Assembly: GCA_965203555.1 (NCBI GenBank)
Contig: CBDBCY010000004.1
Location: 1,344,001 to 1,408,000 of the forward strand
Origin: Acidimicrobiia bacterium
Lineage (GTDB): Bacteria > Actinomycetota > Acidimicrobiia > Spongiisociales > ZC4RG35
DNA length: 64,000 nt
Reading direction: 5' to 3'
The notes beneath the pieces are model-generated. The model was not told the DNA's origin, did not search any database, and saw nothing but the letters and a program-made list of their open reading frames with translations. Shown piece after piece: positions 27,686 to 38,700 of this stretch. The position numbers and the translations under genes were made by a program. Positions within the stretch are counted from its first letter, which is position 1; each line of letters begins with the position of its first letter.

Positions 27686-29209
27686 GTGAAGCGTCCCAAC
27701 ATCGTGCTCATCATGGCCGACCAGTTGGCTCCCCATTTCCTGCCCACCTACGGCCACCGGGTGGTTTTGGCCCCCAACATTTCCCGCATGGCCGACGAGG
27801 GAGTGACGTTCGACTGGGCGTACACCAATTCGCCCCTTTGCGGACCCTCCCGGTACGTGATGATGACCGCCTGCCTGCCCGCCCGGATCGGCGCCTGGGA
27901 CAATGCCGCGGAGTGGTCGGTCGAGATTCCGACCTTCGCCCACTACCTGGCCGATCGCGGCTACCTGACCTGCCTGTCGGGCAAGATGCACTTCATCGGA
28001 CCGGACCAGTTGCACGGATTCGAAGAACGACTGACCACGGACACCTATCCGGCCGACTTCGTCTGGCATCCCCGCTGGGACGAGCCCTACGAGAGGCAGG
28101 ACTGGTTTCACACCATGAAAGTAGTGACCGAGGCGGGTAGCACGCTGGCAGCGGTGAATATCGACTACGACGACGAGGTCACATTCCGGGCCCAGCGCTG
28201 GATATACGACCGCGCCCGCGGCAGCGACCGGCCCTTCATGCTCACCATCTCCTTCATCCAACCCCACGATCCCTACCTGGCTCGACCCGAGACCTGGAAC
28301 CTTTACGACGATGACGACATCGACATGCCGGTAACGACCTACGAGCAGGCCCCCAAAGACCCTCACAGCGACCGGCTCCGGTGGTCGATCGGCGCCTCCG
28401 ACGTCGATCTAACCGAGCAGCAGATCCGGGCCGCCCGCCGGGCTTACTACGCCTCGGTCTCCGATTTCGACCGGCGGGTGGGGCTGGTGCGACGAGCGTT
28501 GGAGGAGACCGGGATGGCCGACGACACCATCGTCATCGTCACCTCCGACCACGGGGACATGCTGGGCGAGCGGGGCATGTGGTTCAAGATGAGCTTTCTG
28601 GAACGATCGGTGCGGGTGCCGCTGATCTTTTGGTGTCCCGACCGCCTCCGGCCCCGCCGCGTGTCGGAGGCGGTTTCGCTGGTGGACCTGGGCCCCACCA
28701 TGATGGGCCTGGCCGCCGACGGCGCCGACATCAACTACCCCAGCCCGCTTGACGGGCGGTCTCTGCTCCCCCACCTGCACGGCGACCGCGGCCACGACGA
28801 GGTGATCGGAGAGTATTACGCGGAAGGGACGCTCACTCCCATGTTCATGGTGCAAAGGGGCGGCGCCAAGTACGTGGTGGCGGAGAGCGACCCGGACCAG
28901 GTGTTCCACGTGAAAGCCGATCCGGAGGAACTCTCCAACCTGGCCCGGACCGATGGAACCCTGGCGGCGGTGAAGAAGGAGATCAACGAGCGGTGGGACA
29001 GCGCGCAACTGACCGACCGGGTGCTGGAGAGCCAGCGGCGTCGGGCCTTCGTGAGCAGGGTGATGCGCAGCCAGGGGATCAGTTGGGACTTCACTCCCAG
29101 TTTCGGGGGAGAGGAACTCTACATTCGCAGCCACGTGCCGATCGGCGTCCTGGAGCAGCAATCTCGCTTTCCCCCCTACGGATCCCCCAACTCCAAGTCA
29201 AGAAACTGA
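27686..29209 (+). CDS. betC: Choline-sulfatase
   Basis: MADQL, SPLCGPSR (FGly motif), GKMHFIGPDQLHGFEERLTTD and SDHGDMLGERG; next to betA. Confidence 0.9.
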   Translation: MKRPNIVLIMADQLAPHFLPTYGHRVVLAPNISRMADEGVTFDWAYTNSPLCGPSRYVMMTACLPARIGAWDNAAEWSVEIPTFAHYLADRGYLTCLSGKMHFIGPDQLHGFEERLTTDTYPADFVWHPRWDEPYERQDWFHTMKVVTEAGSTLAAVNIDYDDEVTFRAQRWIYDRARGSDRPFMLTISFIQPHDPYLARPETWNLYDDDDIDMPVTTYEQAPKDPHSDRLRWSIGASDVDLTEQQIRAARRAYYASVSDFDRRVGLVRRALEETGMADDTIVIVTSDHGDMLGERGMWFKMSFLERSVRVPLIFWCPDRLRPRRVSEAVSLVDLGPTMMGLAADGADINYPSPLDGRSLLPHLHGDRGHDEVIGEYYAEGTLTPMFMVQRGGAKYVVAESDPDQVFHVKADPEELSNLARTDGTLAAVKKEINERWDSAQLTDRVLESQRRRAFVSRVMRSQGISWDFTPSFGGEELYIRSHVPIGVLEQQSRFPPYGSPNSKSRN

Positions 29210-29227
29210 TCCCGGTCCCCGGCGGGC

Positions 29228-30862
29228 ATGGACCACTACGACTTTTTGATCATCGGCGGAGGATCAGCGGGGTGCGCCCTCGCCAACCGCCTCAGCGTCG
29301 ACTCTTCTCACCGGGTACTGGTGCTGGAAGCCGGCCGACCCGACTATCGCTGGGACGTGTTCATCCACATGCCGGCGGCTCTCACCTACCCGATCGGATC
29401 GAGGTTTTACGACTGGAAGTACGAATCGGAGCCCGAGCCCTTCATGGGAGGAAGGCGCGTCTATCACGCCCGAGGCAAGGTGCTGGGCGGGTCGAGTTCC
29501 ATCAACGGGATGATCTTCCAGCGGGGCAACCCCATGGACTACCAGAAGTGGGCGTCGCAACCGGGAATGGAGGAATGGGACTACGCTCACTGCCTTCCCT
29601 ACTTCAAACGCCTGGAGACCACCCTGGCCGGGACCGATGAGTACCGGGGAGGCGAAGGGCCCCTGATCCTGGAACGGGGCCCGGCCGCCAATCCGCTGTT
29701 CCAAGCCTTCTTCAAGGCCGGCGAGCAGGCCGGCATCCCCAACACCACCGACGTGAACGGCTACCGGCAGGAGGGCTTCGCCGCCTTCGACGCCAACCGC
29801 CACCGGGGACGGCGCCTGAGCGCTTCCCGCGCCTACCTGCATCCGGTGACGGGCCGTCCCAATCTGTCGCTTCGGACCCGCGCCCACATCACACGGATCC
29901 TCTTTAGAGGAAGCAGGGCGGTGGGGGTGGAGTACCGGAAGGGCCGCCGACTGCACAAGGTGGAAGCCGAGGAGTTGATCCTGTGCGGGGGCGCCATCAA
30001 CTCGCCGCAACTTCTGATGCTGTCGGGGATCGGTCCGAGGGAACACCTGGAGTCGTTCGGCATCAAGGTGGTGGCAGACCTTGCGGGAGTGGGGGAGAAC
30101 CTGCAGGACCACCTGGAGGTGTACATCCAGCACGCCTCCAGGCAACCGGTGTCGCTTCAGCCCTACCTGGCCAAGTGGCGGATGCCCTGGATCGGGCTGC
30201 AGTGGCTGTTCCGCTCCGGACCCGCCACCAGCAACCATTTCGAAGGCGGGGGGTTCGTGCGCAGCAACGAACAGGTGGGATATCCCAACCTGATGCTGCA
30301 CTTTTTGCCGGTGGCGATCCGCTACGACGGGTCGGTTCCGGCCCGGGGCCACGGCTACCAGGTGCATGTGGGTCCGATGTTCTCCGATGTGCGGGGAAGC
30401 ATCAGGCTTCGGTCGACCGATCCCTTCGACAAGCCGGCGCTGCGATTCAACTACCTCTCCACTCCCAACGACCGCCGCGAATGGGTGGAAGCGGTCCGGA
30501 CCGTCCGCCGCATCCTCGGCCAACCGGCCTTCGAGGAGTTCGACGCCGGGGAACTCTCACCCGGACCGGCTGTGCAGACCGACCGGGAGATTCTCGATTG
30601 GGTGGCGTCGGACGCCGAGACCGCCCTCCATCCCTCCTGCACCGCCAAGATGGGCGTCGACGATATGGCTGTGGTGTCGCCGGACACCTTCCGTGTGCAC
30701 GGCGTGGAGGGTCTGCGGGTGGTGGACGCCTCGGTGATGCCCACCATCACCAACGGCAACATCTACGCACCGGTGATGATGATCGCCGAAAAAGCCGCCG
30801 ACGCCATCCTGGGCAACACTCCCCTGCCGCCCGAAAACGTCGAGTGGTACCGCCACGGCTAG
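29228..30862 (+). CDS. betA: Choline dehydrogenase (GMC oxidoreductase)
   Basis: [37 protein letters not shown] and ITNGN. Confidence 0.93.
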   Translation: MDHYDFLIIGGGSAGCALANRLSVDSSHRVLVLEAGRPDYRWDVFIHMPAALTYPIGSRFYDWKYESEPEPFMGGRRVYHARGKVLGGSSSINGMIFQRGNPMDYQKWASQPGMEEWDYAHCLPYFKRLETTLAGTDEYRGGEGPLILERGPAANPLFQAFFKAGEQAGIPNTTDVNGYRQEGFAAFDANRHRGRRLSASRAYLHPVTGRPNLSLRTRAHITRILFRGSRAVGVEYRKGRRLHKVEAEELILCGGAINSPQLLMLSGIGPREHLESFGIKVVADLAGVGENLQDHLEVYIQHASRQPVSLQPYLAKWRMPWIGLQWLFRSGPATSNHFEGGGFVRSNEQVGYPNLMLHFLPVAIRYDGSVPARGHGYQVHVGPMFSDVRGSIRLRSTDPFDKPALRFNYLSTPNDRREWVEAVRTVRRILGQPAFEEFDAGELSPGPAVQTDREILDWVASDAETALHPSCTAKMGVDDMAVVSPDTFRVHGVEGLRVVDASVMPTITNGNIYAPVMMIAEKAADAILGNTPLPPENVEWYRHG

Positions 30863-30913
30863 GTAATCTGCTCAAAGCCAACCTTCGCAATCCCAGAGGT
30901 AGCCTTACCAGCC

Positions 30914-31627
30914 ATGACCGAGATCCCGGATATCGGTGACGAAGACCGACATGTGGTCATTCGAGCTCTCCGTCGCCCTCGCGGTTTCTATGACGCAGTG
31001 CGAGCATCTCAACTGTCGGGTGTGCCGCAGAGCACCATAAACCAGTGGGCAAGATCAGGAATGCTCACACCAGACTGGAATGCGCTACGTCCTCGAGGTT
31101 GGTCGTATCGAGACCTCCTGTACCTGCGCCTCTTGGCCTGGCTACGAAAGAGGGGCATGGACACTGCCGGCGCCTCCGAAAGAGTGCGTTTGATCCGCGA
31201 TGTCCTGGCCCGAGAACGTGTCGACCCGACAGTCCGATCCGACGACCAACATGCTTTTCTCAGCGGTGAGACCTTCGACCGGTTCTCGGGACAGCAGGCT
31301 TTCGACGGCATGACCTTGTTCCTGTCGATATTCGATGTCGCCCAACCGATTGACAAGGTATCGAGGTCAGCGATGTGGGGACCCGGGTTGGTTTACCCAT
31401 CCCTACACACCCACATTTCCCCTGGGGTGCTATCCGGGGAGCCCTGTGTCCTCCGTTCCCGAATCCCCACATCAGCCCTGTTTGCTCTCCATCGAGATCG
31501 CCGTCTGCCTGCCGGGAAGATTGGTTCGCTGTACCCGCAGGTGAGGGTGGAGGCTATAAGAGACGCCATCGAGCTGGAGGAGAAACTTCGCCTCAGGAAG
31601 TCCCGCGCCGATGCGACTGCTGCTTGA
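30914..31627 (+). CDS. MerR-like HTH + DUF433 putative antitoxin
   Basis: HTH (ASQLSGVPQSTINQW...WSYRDL) and DUF433-like ISPGVLSGEPCV..SRIPT. Confidence 0.75.
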   Translation: MTEIPDIGDEDRHVVIRALRRPRGFYDAVRASQLSGVPQSTINQWARSGMLTPDWNALRPRGWSYRDLLYLRLLAWLRKRGMDTAGASERVRLIRDVLARERVDPTVRSDDQHAFLSGETFDRFSGQQAFDGMTLFLSIFDVAQPIDKVSRSAMWGPGLVYPSLHTHISPGVLSGEPCVLRSRIPTSALFALHRDRRLPAGKIGSLYPQVRVEAIRDAIELEEKLRLRKSRADATAA

Positions 31628-32147
31628 TGAAGGATTCCCTTCACCGCCTGGATTTGAGATCAGCGACGTAGACGACAGTGTAAGAGTAGTGGCCCTGCGC
31701 CAGTTCGATCCCGGCCTGGCCGGCACAAGGACTCCTGGCTGGTACCTCTACTTGCGGGCCGAACAGGCAGGCTTCGACGCATTGGTAACTCATGACAGCG
31801 ATCAGTTGACACAGGCTGAGGAACTGTGGGTTATCTCCAACACCAAGCTCTCTCTGATAACTTGGCGGAAACCAATTCCTGATCCAATTCGCGAGTGGGG
31901 ACAGCTTCTCGCCTTTCTTCCCGAGATTCGGCGGCTCATCAAACAGCATGGACCTTCCCTGGTGCTTCTCCCGACCCCCCGACTAAGCAACAGAAATCTC
32001 AAAAAGGCCTCCGACAACCTGGGAATCGTCGCCAAGGAACAAGCAGTTTCGCACCACCAACTGAGAACCGAGGCCCGCCAAGTCGTGGCCGAAGAGTTGA
32101 AGCGAAGAGGTGAGAGTCAACTGCTTTCCTTGCTGGGAGAGTCGTGA
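31611..32147 (+). CDS. PIN-like (DUF5615/VapC45-type) putative toxin
   Basis: MRLLLDE start and DALVTHD; overlaps the DUF433 gene. Confidence 0.7.
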   Translation: MRLLLDEGFPSPPGFEISDVDDSVRVVALRQFDPGLAGTRTPGWYLYLRAEQAGFDALVTHDSDQLTQAEELWVISNTKLSLITWRKPIPDPIREWGQLLAFLPEIRRLIKQHGPSLVLLPTPRLSNRNLKKASDNLGIVAKEQAVSHHQLRTEARQVVAEELKRRGESQLLSLLGES

Positions 32148-33280
32148 GACAAGCACCGCACCGGTCGGGCATTGGAGAGACCGCCATGGCGCGGGGGCCT
32201 TCCTACACGGGAAACAACCTGGTCAACCTGGTGGCGGAATTGGAACGCCGACTCACGGGCCGCTCTCCGACCAGGAGATTGCGCTCCGACCTTGCCGGGC
32301 TGATTCCGCATGCTCGCCACTATCTGCTGGTGATCATTGACGGATTGGGGTCCGGGCAACTTTCCCACCCACACGCACGGGCGCTTCGAGACTCGCAGCG
32401 GGCCAGCCTGGAGGCGCCGTTTCCCACCACCACCTCGGTCAGCCTGTCATCGATCTGCACCGGGCTCACCCCCTTGCAGCACGGGGCGATCGGCTATCGG
32501 CAGTGGTTCCCCGATTTGGGCAAGGTGGTCAGCCTGCTGCGCTGGACCGATCTCTCCGGCAAACATGTGCCCTACCACACCGCTTCATTCCTGCCCGCTC
32601 CCAACCTGTGGGAACGGCTCGCCGCTCGCCGGGTAGGCGGGATGATCGTCCAGCCGGCCGCATTCTTCAACACCCCGTTGAGCCGGATGCTCTACCGGGG
32701 AGCGCAGATGCGGGGGTACTCCTCTCCGATGGAAGTCGACCCGACCTATCTGGTAAATCGCTCCAGGCGAACCCTGGCCATGATCTACTACCACGCGGTG
32801 GACGTGGCAGCGCATGAAACAGGTCAGCAATCCGAACGATACGCCCAGGCGATTAGCGGCGCCGCCAGCCTCTGGAAAAGGTTGGCCAACCGCCTCCCCC
32901 CGGATACGGCGATGGTCGGAACCTCCGACCATGGGCACTGCGACATCCCGCCGGAAGGCAAATTCATACTCGACAGGACCGCCACCGCCGGTCTGCGCTG
33001 GTGGGGCGACAGCCGATCTCTCATGTTGAGCGGCCCGCTGAACCGGATCACCGAACTGGCCGATCAAACAGGCTCGGAGGTAATTTCCGTCCATCAACTG
33101 CGTACCTGGCTGGGGCGGGGCAGAGAACACCCCGACCTCGAGTCCCGCCTACCCGAGGCTGTGCTGCTCGCCTCCCCAGGAACCGGCATCTTCCCCAAAG
33201 GCATGGACACCCGAAAAACCGGGCACCACGGCGGCCTCACCTCCTCCGAGACGCGAATCCCCCTGCTGGTGACCGACTGA
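32144..33280 (+). CDS. Alkaline phosphatase superfamily nucleotide pyrophosphatase/phosphodiesterase
   Basis: IIDGLG, FPTTT, DVAAH, TSDHGH and GHHGG...E.RIPL. Confidence 0.88.
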   Translation: MRQAPHRSGIGETAMARGPSYTGNNLVNLVAELERRLTGRSPTRRLRSDLAGLIPHARHYLLVIIDGLGSGQLSHPHARALRDSQRASLEAPFPTTTSVSLSSICTGLTPLQHGAIGYRQWFPDLGKVVSLLRWTDLSGKHVPYHTASFLPAPNLWERLAARRVGGMIVQPAAFFNTPLSRMLYRGAQMRGYSSPMEVDPTYLVNRSRRTLAMIYYHAVDVAAHETGQQSERYAQAISGAASLWKRLANRLPPDTAMVGTSDHGHCDIPPEGKFILDRTATAGLRWWGDSRSLMLSGPLNRITELADQTGSEVISVHQLRTWLGRGREHPDLESRLPEAVLLASPGTGIFPKGMDTRKTGHHGGLTSSETRIPLLVTD

Positions 33281-33493
33281 AAACACCCCGAAGCCGCAAG
33301 CCGTGACCAGGTCCGTTTGCAACAGCCCATAGCAGGACCGTCCCCTCCCTGAATTCTCGACTTACGCCGGTTACACACCGCACGATCCGGTGGACCTCAC
33401 CGTGATCGGGACGCGCGAGATCATCGCCGCCCATAGCCAACCAGTGGCCTGACGGGTCGAAATATCGGCAAAGAGGGAGAGCCCAAGACAGTA

Positions 33494-33690
33494 ATGAAGC
33501 TGGAAGAACTGACGCCCAGGCACGATGCTGGAAGGGTTGACGGTCTCCTGTCCTGGTACGGGACCGACACGGTCAGGGTCCTCTACCGCACCGACGACGG
33601 AGTGGACGAGCGGCTCCTGTCCCGCGCAGACGAGGAGAGGCTGTGGCCCGCTCCCCAGGAGCGGACCCGGAAACTCAACGCCCCGGGACA
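33494..33690 (+). pseudogene. N-terminal remnant of an SNF2-type helicase (DUF3883/DUF1156/DUF499-associated type)
   Basis: MKLEELTP(G)...SWYGTDTVRVLYRTDDG..ERLLSRADEERL resembles those helicase N-termini; frameshifted and truncated. Confidence 0.5.
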
Positions 33691-33973
33691 CGCGAGCCTC
33701 ATCCAACTTGCTCAAGGGACAGTTGCTCCAACCCATTCGCACAGGGTCATGAGATCCCATGCCCTCGTCCGACCACGCAGGAAGGTCGGACTGTCTCAGC
33801 AGAATGTGGCTTCTCTTGCAGTGACGCGGCCGCTAACGGGAACGTCTGCTCTGATTGCCCTTCCTCAACCCCTCGTCCTACGTCCAGCCGGTGACCATGG
33901 CGGATGGGAATGCCCGTGAGGGACTCTTCTCGGTAGTACGATCAGTGTGAAATATTCGCTGAGGAGGTCCTTT

Positions 33974-34528
33974 ATGCAAGTCACACCGATAGCTGTTGTT
34001 TCACGCCGGTTGCTGCTGTTCCTGGTCGCTTTCCTGGCGGCGATGGCGACAGCGGCCTGTGACTCCTCCCCGTCGGAAGTGGGAGCGCGAGCCTCGGCTT
34101 CCCTTTCGGGAGCCGACGGCGCCGCCATGGGCACGGTGGAACTGACGCAGGGACCGCATGGGGTGCTGATCTCAGCGGACGTGAGCGGACTGACTCCCGG
34201 CGCGCATGGATTCCACATTCACACCACGGGGGCCTGCACCCCGGATTTCTCGGCGGCGGGCGGCCATTTCAGTCCCGGTGGCGAGGGCCACGGCCTGCTG
34301 CATGCCGACGGATCGCACGCCGGTGACCTGCCCAACATCTACGCCGGCGCCGACGGAACAGCACGGGCCGACCATTTCACCGCCAAGGTAACCCTGGCGG
34401 AGGACGCCGAGACCTCCCTCTTCGACGCCGACGGCTCGGCCATCATCATCCACGCCAAGCCCGACAGCTACGGCGCGGATCCCGCCGCCGGAGACCGCGT
34501 GGCCTGCGGGGTGATCACGCAGGGGTGA
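33974..34528 (+). CDS. sodC: Cu/Zn superoxide dismutase (lipoprotein)
   Basis: HGFHIH, GGHF, HAGDLPN, IIIHAKPD and RVACGVI; lipobox TAAC; GAGGAGG Shine-Dalgarno. Confidence 0.93.
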   Translation: MQVTPIAVVSRRLLLFLVAFLAAMATAACDSSPSEVGARASASLSGADGAAMGTVELTQGPHGVLISADVSGLTPGAHGFHIHTTGACTPDFSAAGGHFSPGGEGHGLLHADGSHAGDLPNIYAGADGTARADHFTAKVTLAEDAETSLFDADGSAIIIHAKPDSYGADPAAGDRVACGVITQG

Positions 34529-34932
34529 AACGTCCCGACGCCCCGGAAGGCCCCGACCAAGACCCGGATCCCGTGCCTCCCGGCGTGGCGGCGGGCGTTC
34601 CCACGGGAACTGCGTTCGGAGGAAGAAAGGTGATAGGCATTGGGGCCGGGCTCTGGCTTCAATCAAGGGAGAGAACCCCGCTGAGCATTGGGACTCTCTG
34701 AGATCAGCAGCCGCAGTTTGGATCCAGTGGGGAATCGAAAGGGTCTTCTCCTGCGTGAACCCGTATTGGTGGATTGAGCCCACCCTTTTCTGTCTCAAGG
34801 ACTCATTGGACTACCAACCCATCAGTCCACAGAGCAAACCACTGCAACTGCATGGCCTTTCGCGGCAGGGACGTCGAACAGTCGTGAAACACGCCAGATC
34901 TCAAAACTGGGGTCGTCCCCTCGCCTCCATTC

Positions 34933-34970
34933 TCATGTAGTCACTACAATCTCTATTGGTGACTACATGA
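34933..34970 (+). promoter_or_regulatory. Toxin-antitoxin promoter/operator: 12-bp perfect inverted repeat flanking a TACAAT -10 box
   Basis: TCATGTAGTCAC (34933) / GTGACTACATGA (34959); TACAAT at 34945; nested TGTAG-N3-CTACA. Confidence 0.75.
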
Positions 34971-35221
34971 ACGTGGGAATAAGAGAACTGAAGGCTCGGC
35001 TCTCTGAGTACGTCAAGCGAGCCGGCAACGGCGAACACATCCTGGTCACTGACCGGGGCAGGCCGGTGGCCCGGCTGGTCAGTCTTGGCGGGGTGTCTGC
35101 GGTGGACCGGGGTATTGCCGAAGGGTGGATCACTGCCCCATCGAGCGGCGGGTTACAGCCCGTCGTTCGGCTGCGGGCCACTCGCACCACTGCCGACGTG
35201 CTGGACGAGGATCGCGGATGA
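34967..35221 (+). CDS. vapB: Phd/YefM family antitoxin
   Basis: VGIRELKARLSEY...ILVTDRGRPVARL. Confidence 0.9.
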   Translation: MNVGIRELKARLSEYVKRAGNGEHILVTDRGRPVARLVSLGGVSAVDRGIAEGWITAPSSGGLQPVVRLRATRTTADVLDEDRG

Positions 35222-35619
35222 CGCTCTACGTCGACACCAGCGCTCTGATGAAGCGGTACATCGACGAACCTGACTCTGACCTCGCAGCCGAGATGATGCT
35301 GTCCGATCCGGTGCTCGTCACCTCCCGACTCACCGAGATCGAGTTGCGGCGCAACCTCACCAGACTCCTCTCCGGGAAGGATATTCTTGGTGTCCGCCGC
35401 CGGGTTCAAGCCGACCTGTACAGTTTTGCTCTGGTTGATCTCGATGCCAGAACTTGTAATGAGGCGGCGCGGGTCGCCGAGCAAACCCTGTGCCGCTCCC
35501 TTGACGCCCTGCACATTGCGGCGGCGTTGCGCTGCGGTGACTCAACCACTTTTCTCACCTTTGACATCCGACAGGCACAGGCCGCCCGATCCGCGGGCCT
35601 GACGGCGATCGGGGTCTAG
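35218..35619 (+). CDS. vapC: VapC family PIN toxin
   Basis: LYVDTSAL, E and RSLDALHIA..FLTFD..Q; ATGA overlap. Confidence 0.9.
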   Translation: MTLYVDTSALMKRYIDEPDSDLAAEMMLSDPVLVTSRLTEIELRRNLTRLLSGKDILGVRRRVQADLYSFALVDLDARTCNEAARVAEQTLCRSLDALHIAAALRCGDSTTFLTFDIRQAQAARSAGLTAIGV

Positions 35620-35703
35620 CCAACATCGGCGGATTGCATGACCTCATGGAGTTGGTTCAAAAGGCAGCCAGGAGGTTCCTGACGCCCTGCGCCGACGAAG
35701 AAA

Positions 35704-35725
35704 CGTCACACAATGTTGATACATT
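35704..35725 (+). promoter_or_regulatory. PafBC/RecA-ND-type DNA-damage promoter candidate
   Basis: CGTCAC-N10-TACATT, followed by 7 nt and then ATG 35733. Confidence 0.5.
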
Positions 35726-35732
35726 GATCGAG

Positions 35733-38700
35733 ATGACATTTCCGGGACCCGAGTTGCTGGGAAGAGGGGTGGTGGTGCCCGCAGGTAGCCGCTCGCCACT
35801 GGAGGGCACACCAACAGTGGTGGTTGACGAGCGGGTGCTGGCCAACCCTCAGGCACTGGAGGAACTGGTCGACGAGCTTCACCGGGCTTGGGTGCAGCGG
35901 CGTCCGGTGACGGTGGAGCTTGACGTGGATGCATCCGAGGTGCGCCGGCCGGTGGTGGAAAAACGGGCGCCGTGGATGCTCGGCCCCCGCTATCTCCCCC
36001 TGCTGGAAAGACTTCACTTCCTGGTGTGGGCCAACAACTGGGACGCCCGAAACGGCGAGCCGATCTGGTGGTGGGGCCGCAAGGCGGCGCGGCTGGGAGC
36101 GCGGATCGGCGGGCCGGCCGACATCATCCTGCCGGGGGGAGAGCATGCCTGGGTGGACGGAGGCCCGCGTTCTCCCCTGGATGTTCCGGTCGTTCATTCT
36201 CAGACAGTGGAACAGGGACGGTTGACCATCCAACCCCCCGCCACCGGATCGCGGGCCGACCTGGCCGACGACCAGCGGGCGGCGGTGGAGCACCCTGGCG
36301 GGTCGGTGCGGGTGATCGCCCCGGCCGGATCGGGAAAGACCCGCACGCTCGGCGCCCGCCTTCTTCACCTGGTCGATGACCGAGGCGTCGAGCCGGGAAT
36401 CGTCACGGCGGTGGCCTACAACAACCGGGCCGCCCGGGAGATGCGAGAACGTCTGCGCCGACACGACCTGCACATCCGCACCATCCACTCTCTGGGGTGG
36501 GCGATTATCCGCGAGGTGCGGCCCGACGCCACTTTGCTCGACGAGCGGGGAGTTCGAGCCAGGATCAGGAACATGGTCCCGAAGCGACCCCAACCCAACA
36601 CCGACGTCATCGGTCCCTACCTGGAGGGTCTGTCCGAGATCCGCATAGCCCTGCGGGACCCGACCGAGGTGGAGGAGAACCGAAGCGACGTGGAGGGATT
36701 GGCCGGGCTCTTCCGAAGCTACCGCTCCCTGCTTCACAGCAGGAATGAAATCGACTACGACGAACAGATCTACGGCGCCATCGAACTGCTGCTGGCGGAG
36801 CCGGACCTTCGGGGTCGTTGGCAGAGGCGTTGCCGGCATCTGCTGGTCGACGAATTCCAGGACCTGACGCCGGCGTACCTCCTGCTGCTGCGATTACTGG
36901 CCTCCCCGGAACTCAGTGTGTTCGGAGTCGGCGACGACGATCAGACCATCTACGGATATGCGGGCGCCGATCCGAGGTTCCTGATCGACTTCGACCGGTA
37001 CTTTCCCGGCGCCGGCGTCAGCGCCCTGACCATCAACTACCGCTGTCCCTCCGAAGTGGTCACCGCCGCATCCCGATTGCTGTCTCACAACCGGATCCGG
37101 GTGACCAAGACCATCGAGGCGGCTCCCGACTCCGGGCGCGGAAGCTTTCGGGTCATCACGCCCGGCCGCGGGCAAATGGCGGTGGACGCCGAGAAGATAA
37201 TCACCAAATGGCTCACCGAGGAGGATGTGCCGCCCGGCAAGATCGCCGTTCTGGCCAGGGTCAACTCGGCATTGCTTCCGATATTGGCGGCGCTCGACAA
37301 GAGAGGTGTCCCGTTTCGCTCGCAACTCGATACCGGTCTTCTGAACCGGACGACCATGCGAGCCACCCTGGCATGGATCCGGTTGGCGCTGCACACCGAT
37401 TCGATGACCAGAAGTGACCTCATGGAAGCGGTGCGCCGCCCTGCCCGCCGGATCAACCGGTTGGCTTCCGAACTGATACCTCCCGGCAACACTTCACTGA
37501 CCGGACTGGCCGCGCTCGGACGGAGACTGGACGACCGGAAGGCAGCCACGTGGAGGCGGTTCGTCAACGCCATCGAAGAGGCGGCGCAGGTGGCGAAACA
37601 GGGCGACTCCGGTGTGCTGCTGGACTTTCTGTCCGGGGAGATCGGCCTGGGCAGGGTGGCCCATACCCTGGACGCCAAACGCGGCAAAGCCGATCGCTCC
37701 ACCCATACCGATGATCTGGTGGCGCTGCGCCGTGCCGCCGTCTCCTACCCTGATCTGCCGACCTTCGAGTCGAGCCTCCGCCGGCTGTTGGGTCGGGGAC
37801 CGTCCCAGGAACCGGGTGTCCTGGCCACCTCCATCCACCGAGTGAAAGGACTGGAGTGGGACCGGGTGGTCGTATTCGGGGTGGATGCAGGATTGGTCCC
37901 CCATCTGCTGTCAAAGGACATCGAAGAGGAACGCCGGGTCCTCCATGTAGCCATCACCAGATGCCGCGACGAGGCGGTGGTGGTGGCCGAGAGAGGAAGG
38001 GAGTCTCCATTCCTTCCGGAATTGACCAGGACGTTCAGCCCGGTCCCGGACCGGATTCCCGGCCACCTGCTTGCACCACACCCAACCGCGGTCACCTCCG
38101 GCGGAACCCGCCCACAACAGGGTGATCCGCAGACTCCGCGGAGTCGGCGGACGGAGGACGCCGCCGAGCAGGATGCTCCGTTTGACGCCGTGCTGTATGA
38201 GAGCCTCCGCCAGTGGCGCTTGGCGGTGGCGCGGGAGCACAATATTGCAGCCTTCATTGTTCTGTACAACCGCACCCTGGAGGAAATCGCTCGAACCCAG
38301 CCCCGCACCGAGACCGAACTCCTGCAGGTAACGGGCATCGGCCCCCGGAAACTGGCCGAATACGGTCGGGACATCCTCCGGATCGTTACCTCGCACGACG
38401 CGCAATCCGAAGAGTTGGCGGAGAATTCCGAAACCAGGACGCCTCGGGCCGCCCGAACCCCCGCGCAACCGGCCGGCCCGCCACCGCCCGGCCCGCCACC
38501 GCCCGACCCCGTCCCAACCGCCGACAATGCCCTGCTCGATGCACTTCGACGGTGGCGTGCGGATATGGCCCGGCGCAACCAACTGCCCGCCTACGCCATC
38601 CTCAACAATCGCACCTTGGAGGAGGTCTGCAGAATCCAGCCGAACACGGAAACGGACCTTCTCCGGATATATGGGATCGGCCCTCAGAAACTAGCCAAGT

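Noticed and set aside
34530-34930. Intergenic DNA after sodC (also 38745-39140 and 52220-52650) as riboswitch, ncRNA or small genes
   Set aside because: Only short hairpins and unrecognisable ORFs; no RNA-family consensus identifiable by eye (an Rfam/Infernal search is needed).
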